This document shows positions 1-12,799 of a stretch of DNA of 64,000 nucleotides, piece by piece (position 1 is the first letter of the stretch; the number at the start of each line of letters is the position of its first letter). This DNA is from the human T2T-CHM13v2.0 reference genome, Homo sapiens. The notes beneath the pieces were generated by a model. It saw only the letters and a program-made list of their open reading frames with translations. It was not told the origin of the DNA and did no database searches. The translations under genes were made by a program, and so were the position numbers. Where the stretch lies: NCBI RefSeq assembly GCF_009914755.1, contig NC_060926.1; one strand, written 5' to 3'.

Positions 1-600
1 TCCTTCAGATCGTACTCTGCCACTCCTCCGAGAGCTTAAGCCGTTGCCGTAGAGGTCGCCGTCGCCACAACAGTCTCGGCCTTTAGTACCAAAACGTGAA
101 GCACAGCACCCGAGAAGCGCCACTACCACTTGCCAGGTTATCTCTTACTGCACACTGCCTCCTCGCCCCGCCCCCGAACCCAAGCCATTGGTTGCCGGGC
201 ACCGCCCCATTCGTCTATTGGGCCAAAGAAGATGCCGTTCGGTCACCTAGAATGGCATATGTGGTTTTTATTGGTCTAAATGTGAAGCAGTGCCCGCCCA
301 CTCCCTCAGAAGTTTCAGCTTCTGATTGGTTTTAATGTCTGTCTTTTCTCTTCCTTCATTTTTTTTTTTCCTGTGGTGGAACACCTCCTTGAGGGAGATG
401 CCGGCTCTGATTGGCTGAAAGGACGCTACGCTAGCCTGGGATAGGCATTGGGCCAAGGATGCGCCCGGCCCACTCGTGGGGGAGGAGACCAAGGCGCCGC
501 ACTCTGGGTTTGTTTACACAGGCTCTTGCTCCCGCTTCGTCTATTGGCTGAGCTGGAAGCCACTGCCACCGAGTTTTGCCTGTCAGCCTAGCAAGGAGGA
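1..600 (-). promoter_or_regulatory. CpG-rich promoter and probable 5' end of a minus-strand gene, with clustered CCAAT and GC boxes
   Basis: High CpG density. Seven ATTGG (CCAAT on minus) at 187, 217, 270, 325, 410, 447, 543. GC boxes near 164-176, 201-208, 293-299. Direction is inferred from the layout. Confidence 0.75.
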
Positions 601-828
601 GGGTGGGGGTGGGCCTCAGTAGGATTTCCCTCAGCTGTCAATTACCAAAGGAGGAGCTTTGATTCAGGCTGCTTTGGACCTGGTGCTATTCTCTGTAGGG
701 AAAATTAAGGAATTGGGCTCCTTGGGAGGCTGGAAGGAAGCAAAGGGACGCTGGAAGGAAGCAGACGGATGCTTCCACGTTTCTAGAAACAAACCTAACT
801 TCTTGAGTGCTTTAAAAAAATAAAACTT

Positions 829-1245
<417 letters not shown>

Positions 1246-1386
1246 TTATACATTTTTCTCTCCCCCCCACCTCTCAAGCTGACTGTATACATGACACAAA
1301 GTTAGGGAATTGCAGAATGAATGGAAAAAATATAAAAATGAAAAAGATAAACTCAAATAACAATTATAAATATTAGCTGTATACTT

Positions 1387-1763
1387 TGATATGGTTTGGC
1401 TCTGTGTCCCCACCCAAATCTCATTTTGAATTATAATTCCCAATGTTGGGGGAGGGACTTGGTGGGAGGCGATTGGATCATGGGGGCAGATTTCCCCCTT
1501 GCTGTTCTCGTGATAGTGAGTGAGTTCTCACAAGGTCTGATGGTAAAAAAAGTGTGTGTCCTTCCCCCTTAGCTCTCTCTCCCTCTTGCTACCATGTGAA
1601 AACGTGCTTGCTTCCCCTTTGCCCTGATTGTAAGTTTCCTGAGGCCTCACCAGCCATGCCTCCTGTACAGCCTGAGGAACGGTGAGTCAATTAAACCTCT
1701 TTTCTTTATAAATTACTCAGTCTCAGGTAGTTCTTTATAGCAATGTGAGAATGGACTAATACA
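1387..1763 (+). mobile_element. MaLR solo LTR (MSTA-like)
   Basis: TGATATGGTTTGGCTCTGTGTCCCCACCCAAATCTC...GGACTAATACA; 5-bp TSD TACTT. Confidence 0.9.
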
Positions 1764-1794
1764 TACTTCATATTAAATGATATAAGTAAATAAA

Positions 1795-2120
1795 TAAATT
1801 CATTCAACAAGTATTATTTAGCATCTACTATGAATGTTCTAGGCTCTGATCATGGAACTGGGTATATGATATGAATAAGACAGTGAAGATGCACCCATGG
1901 TGTTTATACTGTAGTGAAGGAGACTGACAACAGAAAAGTAACCAATAAATAATAAAATGGTATGTTGTGAATAAATGCTACAAAGGAAAATAAAGCAGAG
2001 TCATGGGATGGTTGGGGAAATGGCTATTTTAAGTAGGATGGTTAGTTTAAGAGCTGTTTGAGGAAACAGCACTGAACAGAGATGTGAATAATGTGAAGAA
2101 GTGAAGAGTGGGAAGGGGCT
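1795..2120 (-). mobile_element. L2 3' fragment
   Basis: TTCATTCAACAAGTATTATTTAGCATCTACTATG matches the reverse of the L2 tail. Confidence 0.75.
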
Positions 2121-2974
2121 AATAAGCAGAGCCACTACAGTGCACAACTCCAGGATCACTATTCACATTGCTCCATGTATTTTGAAGTTGTGTATTAGGT
2201 GTACATCCATTTAGGGCTGCCAACTCTGGTTTAAAGCTTTATTTGATTACATAATTTAAATGACGCCTGCAAGAAACATGTGTCTTTTAGAAAAAAAAAA
2301 ATCTCTCTCTAGGATAGCATCCCCATACCCTCCACTGCTTCTTTCCCTGAATTGGCCTTCCGGTGTATGATGAGAGAAAGTTTACACAATCTCATAGGTT
2401 TGAAAAACAGGCTCTTCTGGTCCACGTGGTGTCCTTGAGCAGTCAGAAATACTCCTTGAGGATGAACCTTTATTACCAGGATAGCAATGGGATGTAAGGA
2501 AGGGTTGATGAACTTCTCTCGTCTCACTTCCTACCACTGGTGCCATCTATTATAAATTCATGGCTGGCTATTACCAGTGATAAAGAGAAAAGTCTTAAAA
2601 GCAGGCAGAAAAAAAATATGGCCATTTTAAGTAGAATGGTTAGTTTAAGAGCTGTTTGAGGAAAGACCATTGAACAGAGATGTGAAGAAGTGAAGAGCAG
2701 GAAGGGGCTGGGAAACATACAGAGGGGAAAAAATAGATAAGAATTACAGCAAATTTCTTATCAGAAACTATGGAAGCCAAAAGACAATGAAGGAATGAGG
2801 TAGCAATGTGGGTATCTGGTGGTGGTGGGCAGGGACAGATATGAGACAAAAACCAGTCATAAAGTTGTAGGAGATGATGTCAATGAGAGGGAGGGAGGCA
2901 AGAGAAGCCCATCACCCTTCCCCACATCCTATTGCTATTAGGGCAATAAATCTTCAACCTTGAAGATTACATCA

Positions 2975-4290
2975 TTTCATTTTTTAAAATTTAATTGTGG
3001 TAAAATATATATAAAATTTACCATCTTAACTATTTTAAGTGTACAGTTCAGTTACAGTAAGTACATTCACATTTTTGTGCAATCATCACCACAATCCACC
3101 TGCAGAACATTTTCATCATTCCTAACAAAAATTCTGTACCCATTAAACACTAACTCCCCATTCTCCCCTTACCCCAGCCCCTGGAAATCACCATTCTGTT
3201 TTCTGTATCTGTGAATTTGACTGCTCTAGGTATCACGTGTAAGTGAAATTATGTAATATTTGTCCTTCTGTGTTTGGCTTTATGTCTCCCACGTTTAAGT
3301 ATCAGAATTTCTTTTCTTTTTAAGGCTGAGTAGCATCATTATAGGTATATGTCCTATTTTGTTTATCAATTCGTCCATTGATGGACATTTGGGTTGTTTC
3401 TATCTTTTGCCTATTGTGAATAATGTTGGTATGCAAATATCTGTTCAAGGGCCTGCTTTCAATTATTTTGGGTATATATTCTGAAGTAGAATTGCTAGGC
3501 CATATAGTAACTCTATGTTTAATTTTTTGAGGAACCACCGTACTGTTTTCCACAGTGGCTGCACCATTTTGCATTCCCGCCAACAATGTACGAAGTTTCC
3601 AATTTCTACACATCCTTGCCAACAGTAGTTTCTTTTCTGTTTTTTTTTTTTTTTTTTTTTTAAATAATAGCCATCCTAATGAGTGTGAAATGGTACCTTA
3701 TCCAGGTTTTGGTTTGCATTTTATTTTATTTTTCCCATAACTCAGAATGCAATTTTATTTCATTTATTTTTCAAGACAGGGTCTTGTTCTTTCACCCGAG
3801 CTGGAGTTCAGTGGCGTGATCATGGCTCACTACAGCCTCAACTCTTGGGCTCAAGCAATCCTTCCACCTTGGCCTGCCAAGTAGCTGGACTACAGGCACG
3901 TGCCACCATGCCCAGCTAATTTTTAAATTTGTTGTAGATATGGGGTCTCACTTTGTTGCCTAGGGTGGTCTTGTGCCTGGACTCAAATGATCCTGCCAAC
4001 TCAGCCTCCCAAACTGCTGGGATTACAGGCATGAGCTACCACTCCGTTTGGTTTGCCTTTACCTAATGATCAGTTATGTTGAGCATCTTTTTTTGTGCTT
4101 ATTGGCGACTTGTACTTCTGTTTTGGAGAAATGTCTATTCAAGTCCCTTGCCCATTTTTGAATCAGATTGTTTTCTTTTTGAGTTGTAGGGGTTTAAAGA
4201 AATATATTCTGGACATTAATCCCTTATCAGATATATGATTTGCAAATATCCTGTGAGTTGCCCTTTCTCTATATTGATAGTGTCCTTTAA
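2975..4290 (-). mobile_element. L1MB-like 3' end interrupted by a minus-strand AluJ (~3765-4046)
   Basis: L1M 3'UTR and ORF2 C-terminal remnants (ORF 3320..3622); internal Alu. Confidence 0.85.
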
Positions 4291-5044
4291 TACTTGGGGA
4301 CTACATTTCTGAATGTGCAAGTATACTATCTGGCACTAGAGAGCTTATTTTTCAAAGCTATAAGATCTCATAAGCCCTCTCTTACCATACTCCTGAAAGC
4401 CACCTTAGGGAAAGAAGCACTGCTGGGTATGGAGAGATTATTACAGAGACAGATCACTTTTTCCCAAAAGAGCTAAGCATTTCTTATAAGGTTCATTTTA
4501 TTTAACCAGACAAAGCTTTAAAGTGGAGTGGATATCTAGTTGGTTTTTGGTCTCCCCTCACAACCTAGAGAGGTTCCTGGAAGAAAATGAGATAAGCTGG
4601 GAGATAAAGAAATCAGTGGATACACCAACAGCCAACCAAAAGATTCTTCTAGACATCTTCAGGTACCCCAAGAAGAAAGTGAAAAAGAGAAGAGTCTTTG
4701 ACTCCTCTCTCAAGAAAGTTGTATTATCCATTCATGCTAGAATCAGGAGGACTTCTGCAACTGAGGATCACTAACCCTGGGCAATTTCCACTTGAACACT
4801 TCAAGACTTCTTTCTGGGCACCATCATCCACTCATCTATGACTTAATCAGTCCAAGCACCCAGGCTTATTCTACTAGGCAAATAATCTTTCTATGGGGAC
4901 ATTGACTAACCCACGATAAAATACCTAGAGATACTGGCATTTAGAAGTACCCAAGAAATTTCTGGATCCCACCTTATTCCCTGTGGAGAGACCAACTAGT
5001 CAACAAGCCCCATTACACACTGTTATCTTTATAGTACCTCATTC

Positions 5045-5349
5045 TTTTTTTCTTTCTTTTTTGAGACAGGGTCTCACTCTATTGCCTAGGTGGAAGTAGA
5101 GTGACACCATCATAGCTCACTGCAGTCTCAAACTCCTGGGCTCAAGTGATCCTCCCTCCACAGTCTCCCAAGTAATGGGGAATACAGGTGTACATCACCA
5201 TGTCCTGATAATTTATTATTTTTTTTTTTTGTAGAGATAGGGTTTTGTTATATTGCCCAGGCTGGTCCTAAACTCCTGGCCTCAAGCAATCCTGCCACGT
5301 TGGCCTTCCAAAGCCCTGGGATTACAAGTGTGAGCCACTGTGCCCAGCC
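5045..5349 (-). mobile_element. AluJ
   Basis: Diverged reverse Alu dimer; flanking TAGT(A/G)CCTCATTCTTT TSD. Confidence 0.9.
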
Positions 5350-5834
5350 TAGTGCCTCATTCTTTAATATAAACAGACAGCTAATGATTACCAGAAAATT
5401 GAGGAAAGCCTCTAACATAAATGACAAAGATCAAAATAAATATACAGAAAAAAATTAACTCAGTGGTAACAGAAATAATGCAAGAAGCAGAGGAAAATGG
5501 AAAAAAAACCCTTAATATTCTTTAAAAATAAGATACTGTATCACCAAAAAAGAATAAAATGCTGCTTTTAAAAAGGAACATTCAGAGAACAAAAAAGCAT
5601 TCTTGGAAATTAAAAATAAAAACTCTTCAAAATTTAGAGCTTCATTTTGCTCTCACATATCAGCAGCCTGGAAGTAAGAAACTCTGGGGCTTCCATATTC
5701 CACACAGCAGGCAGGAGCAAGAAGTAAAGAAGGATATGTCTCTGCCCTCAAGAGACTTCAAGGAAGTCTTCCACTCACCATTTCCATCCAGCTAAATAGA
5801 ACGTAGTCATCTGGATAAACTTAGCTTGCCAGAG

Positions 5835-6943
5835 TATCGGGGGAACCAGCCCCCAATATTTCAATGTAGGTTCTTTTCTATTTTCCCTAAGTGTCAGCTG
5901 GTCTGAGAAATAAAGAGAAAGAGTACAAAGAGAGAAATTTTACAGCTGGGCTTCCTGGGGCATCATCACATATTGGTAGGACCGTGATGGCAACCCCAAG
6001 CCTCAAAACCAGCAAGTTTTTATTAGAGATTTCAGAAGGGGAGGGATGTACGAATAGGGAGTGGGTCACAGAGATCACATGCTTCAAAGGGCAATAAAAG
6101 ATCACAAGGCAAAAGGGCAGAGCAGGATCACAAGGCAAGGGTGAAATTAGAATTACTGATGAGGGTCCATGTCCCGCTGGGCATGCATTGTCTTGATAAA
6201 CATCTTAACAGGAAACAGGGTTCGAGAGCAGACAACTGGTCTGACTAGAATTCACTAGGCTGGAATTTACAATCCAATCCTAGTAAGCCTGAAGGCACTG
6301 CAGTAGACCGGGGCGTATTTCATCCCTTATCTCAACCACATAAGACAGACACTCCCAGAGCGGTCGTCTATAGGCCTACCCCTGGGAATGCATTCCTTCC
6401 CCAGGGTTATCAATTATTAATATTCCTTGCTGGGAAAGAATTCAGCTATATTTCTCCTACTCACACATCTGTCTACAGGCTCCTTGCAAGAAGAAAAATA
6501 TGGCTCCATTCTGCCCGACCCCTCAGGCAGTCAGACCTTATGGTTATCTTTCCTTGTTCCCTGAAAATCGCTGTTATTCTGTTCTTTTCAGGGTGCCCTG
6601 ATTTCATATTGTTCAAACACGCATGTTTTATAAACAATTTGTATAGTTAACGCAATCATCACAGGGTCCTGAGGCGACATACATCCTCAGCTTACAAAGG
6701 TGATGGGATTAAGAGATTAAAGTAAAGACAGGCATAGGAAATTATAAGAGTATTGATTGGGGAAGTGATAAAGGTCCATGAAATCTTCACAATTTATGTT
6801 CAGAGATTGCAGTAAAGACAGGCATAAGAAATTATAAAAGTATTAATTTTGGGAACTAATAAATGTCCATGAAATCTTCACAATTTATGTTCTTCGCGGC
6901 TTCAGCAGGTCCCTCCGTTTGGGGTCCCTGACTTCCCGCAACA
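5835..6943 (-). mobile_element. MER11 (HERV-K11) solo LTR inserted in an MLT1-like LTR
   Basis: Reverse complement starts TGTTGCGGGAAGTCAGGGACCCC and ends CCCCCGATA; characteristic internal repeat ~6720-6890; 6-bp TSD CCAGAG/CTGGAG. Confidence 0.92.
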
Positions 6944-7440
6944 CTGGAGAGACTGGGAAATGAGTTATATGACCAGGTGACTAGTTAAACACGAGTTTTA
7001 CTATTAAGTGAAAAGAAGAGAATGGATCTAAAGATCACAGAAAAACTGGAAGATAAAGACATGAAATTTTATGTCTCGTAAAGCAAAATAAAAAAGAAAG
7101 TTAGATGGAAAATAGGAGAGAAAGTATGATAAATGTTCTAGAAGGAGAGAGTAGTCCCCAAGAGAGGAGGATATAAATTAAATATCAAAACCATGCCTCA
7201 TAACTGAAATAATCTGAGTCCTTTAATTGAAGGAATTCATCAAGTGTCCAACACTTTGAATAAAAAGGGCCCACACCAGTAATAAGTAACACTTGTTAAG
7301 TTTTAACTGTGTGCCAGGTATCACTTTAAGCACTTAACATGTATTAACCCCATTTAATTTTCAAAACAACAGTGTGAGTACTGCTATTATTCCCATTTTA
7401 CAAATGGATAAACTGAGGCAGATCAGCTAGTAAGTGGTGG

Positions 7441-8135
<695 letters not shown>

Positions 8136-8460
8136 GCTGCAATTCAAGTCAAAGCACTTGCAAAGCTGTAGGGATAAGGACAAGATCCTAAAAGTTTTCA
8201 GAAAGAAATAGGTCACACACAAACAAGTCAGGAATCAGAAGAAAATCAGACTTTCCACAACTAAAACAGGAAGATAGAAACCAGTGGTGCGATACCTTCA
8301 AAATTCAGAAGGATAATGATTTCTAAGCTAGAAATCTATACCCAGCCATACTATCAATTCAGTGTGAGGGTGGAATAAAGATATTTTCAGAAAAGCAAAG
8401 TCTCAAGAAATCTAATTCTCAGATACCCTTTATCAGGGGCTACTGGAGGATATGCACTAC

Positions 8461-9270
8461 TGTATTGTATATTTTGTATATTTTCAACTTTCTGTATATA
8501 ATGATGTTTGACATCTTTAAAAATCTGGCTGGGGGCTGGGCTCAGTAGCTCATGCCTGTCACCCTAGCACTTTGGGAGGCTGAGGCAAATGGATCACTTG
8601 AGCCCCGGAGACTGAGACTAGCAACATAGCAAAACCTCATCTCTACAAAAGATACAAAATAGCCGGTGTGGTGGGCAAGCCTGTAGTCCTGGCTACTGGG
8701 GGTGGGGGTGGGGTGGGGCTGAGGTTGGAGGATCTCTTGAGCCTGGGGAGGTGGAGGCTGCAGTGAGCTGTGATGGCGCCGCTGCACTCTAGCCTGGAGG
8801 ACAGAGTAAGGCCCTGTCTCAAAAAAAAAAAAAAAAAAAATATGGGGAGAAACTGCCCCTCCTGGGGCCGGTCAATTCTTAGAGATGGCAAAGGGCTCAG
8901 CAGGAGCCGTACTTTCTCTGTCTGGCCCACAGACCCCAAGAAGCAATATTCATCTGCTTTAATCATGCCAGAGCCAGGTATCAGGCAACTAGAGACAATC
9001 CCTATAGCTTAGAGCCTACCCAAATCATTCGAGTTTGCCATTCCTAAACCCAGCCTTGCCTTTCCCCAGGAAATCCCAATTAAGGTTCTAGCTTAGGCTT
9101 TTTCCCTGTTCCTGTCTTGGGCTACCAAGCCAAAACCTGGTGCCTCCCGCTGTGACCCTGTGTGGCATGCAGTGATCCCCTCTCTAAGCCTTGTGAGTAT
9201 AATAAGCTTTGTTTTCATGAGCCTCTCCTGTGCCTCCTCTTGTGGCTGCACCTGACTGACCATGTCACAA
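8461..9270 (+). mobile_element. ERVL LTR (MER74/MER73/LTR53 group) containing an AluJ at ~8533-8840
   Basis: ACTGCCCCTCC...CAATTCTTAGAGATGGCAAA motif; TG...CA ends. Confidence 0.65.
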
Positions 9271-9806
9271 AAACACAAAACCATCATCAAAATTAGAAAG
9301 CAAGAAAGAGGAAGACACATAACTAAGGAAAGCAGGAGAGCTAAGAAAAGAGAAGAATGGCGGGTATTTCTCAGCATGACAGTGAATGGGGCAAGACCTG
9401 TCCCGCAGGCATAGAGTGCGGGCTGCCTGCAGTGAGATGAGTGCTCCAGCAGTGATGTCTTCCAGAAAAACAGGAACTGATACGTCACCATTTAAAAAAA
9501 ATTCATGGCCATACTGACAGGTGATTTCACAGCTGGGAATAAGTTAATGATAAATGCACGGAAGACTAAGATGGCATTGTCAGTTCAGGAAAAGATAAAA
9601 GAAAAGGCACATAATCATACTACTACTCTTTGTAGCTTAGCTACAAACAATAATAAAAAATACACATGCAGCATTTGGTGTGTGCTAGGCACTGTTCTAA
9701 GTGTCTTTCATTTATTAACTCATTTAAACCTCCCAGCAGCTCATTTTACAGATCAGAAATATTTGGCAAAGATGTTAAGTAAAGGTACTTGTCAAATATT
9801 ACACAG

Positions 9807-10305
9807 TATATCAGTCTCCTGCTGCTAAAACAAATTACCACAAACTTAATAGCTTAAAACAATACAAATTCATTGTCTTATAGTTCTGGAGGCCGAAAAG
9901 AGGTTTCTGTGAGCTAAAATCAGGGTGTTGGCAGGCCTGTATTCCTTCTGGAGCTCTAGGGGGAACCCCTTTCCTAGTCATTTCCATCTTCTAGGGACCA
10001 CACGCATTCCCTGGCCGGTGGCCTCTTCCTCCATCTTCAAAGCTGGCAGCGTAGTATCTTCTCGCCCTCTGACTCTGCTTCTGTCCTTACAACTCTCTCT
10101 GATTCTGATTCCTCTGCCTTCCTCTGACAGGGACTCTTGTGATTAGATTCAGCCCACCTAGCAATCCAGGATAATCTCTCAATCTCAGAATCCTTAATTT
10201 AGTCACATCTTCAAAGTCCCTTTTACCATGTAAGTTAACATATTCATAGGTTCTGGGGATCAGGGTCTGGGCATTTTTGAGGGGACAGTATTCAGCCTGT
10301 CAAAC
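9807..10305 (-). mobile_element. MLT1 (C/D-like) LTR
   Basis: CTGCTAAAACAAATTACCACAAACTT...TAGTTCTGGAGGC signature. Confidence 0.8.
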
Positions 10306-10490
10306 ACAGCTAGGGGTAGAGGCAAGATTCAAACCTAAGTAACTTATTTCCAGAGTTCTTACTCTTAATCACTATGCTCTGGGGCCTTTATGACAATACT
10401 CACATAATCATCATCATCTGAATACCAAATATGGCTATAACGAATTTTGGGATATAACCACATTGGGAGGATAGGGAGTAGGCTAGGGAG

Positions 10491-10588
10491 CTCTCTAATG
10501 CTACTCACTACATAGCATTTAGTATTTGCTAGGCAAAGAACAGTGCTTAGCACATACCAAATGCTATGTAGTGAGTGGCATTAGAGAG
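10491..10588. repeat. Inverted repeat with 45-bp arms and 8-nt loop
   Basis: 10491-10535 versus reverse complement of 10544-10588: 41/45 identical. Confidence 0.95.
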
Positions 10589-10648
10589 TTAATTCTTTAT
10601 ATTTCACAGCAGAAAGGCAAATGGATAGACTAGACTAGTCTAAAACTA

Positions 10649-11062
<414 letters not shown>

Positions 11063-11794
11063 TCAAGGGTGGCAGGGGGAACTGGTGATTTTTGTTATCA
11101 GCCGTGAAAAACCAATTGATTTTACAAACTGTGTGTAGGTATTTCTTTGATTAAACACATTTCATTAGAAAACCCCAAGGTGTGAATATGGGACTCTGTT
11201 TAAGGAGCTTCTGTTTGCAGTGTCCTCCCTGCCAGTCTTCACTGTCATGTTTCCCAGTTCCCTGACCTTCTTTCAGGATCCTGTTTCTTGTCTTTGGCTC
11301 TTTGCATGATAGCTGGGTTTGGCTGACTTACCTCAGCCTTAGCACCCTCCCTTGGACACAGCTTTGGTATTTGTCCTCCAACTGGAAGTCCTGGGACTCT
11401 GGGTGTCTAAACTTCTGCTGTCAGAAGCAGGGCTAAACAAGGACTTACCTGGCTTTGGTGAGTTCCAGGCATGGCTTGTGGACAAAGCACCTCTTTCCCA
11501 TGTTTATGTGGTCCAAGCCAGAAGGCAAATATCAGAATCAAAGGCAAAATTATAGTTCATACACTGGGGAGTTAATCTTAGGGGCAACACAGAGAACAGG
11601 AGCAAGGTCGTAGAGGCAACGTGAGATGAGTGAACAGCAGTAAAGGAATGGAAGTGCCTTCTGAGAACAAGGAGTGGCAGAGGGGACTGAGGCACTGGGT
11701 TGGTCCTTGAGAGGGGGTGACAGCAAATGGGCCATCCGAAGGTTTGGGTCCTGGACCTGTCATTCCAAATCCTCCAATAGTTTTTCTAGATTCA

Positions 11795-12445
<651 letters not shown>

Positions 12446-12799
12446 GGTCCTGAAGTACCAGTCACTGTTCTGAAGGCAGTGACTTTGCCTTAAGAACTCA
12501 ATGAGCAAGGCAAGGGTTTTGGCTTAAGAACTCAATGGGTCAAGTCCAGAAAACCAAGTTCACTCAGAGAATCCAAAGGACAGGAACAGTGCCTCAAATG
12601 ATGGCAAAGTCAAGAGCCAAGAGCTGAGAAGAGCTGGACTAGCATGAGAACAGGTTAGAAGCAAAACCCAGAGAATGCTTGTTAATTCCTAGGGAAGGAA
12701 GTGAATTAAAGTGAGTGATACCTGTCTTTATTATTTTCTCAGCTCTGATCCACAGGGCGGTCTGGGAGGTTTGAAGGCTCAAGGTCAAGTGGACATGAG

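Noticed and set aside
6720-6890. ~90-bp tandem duplication
   Set aside because: Normal feature of the MER11 consensus
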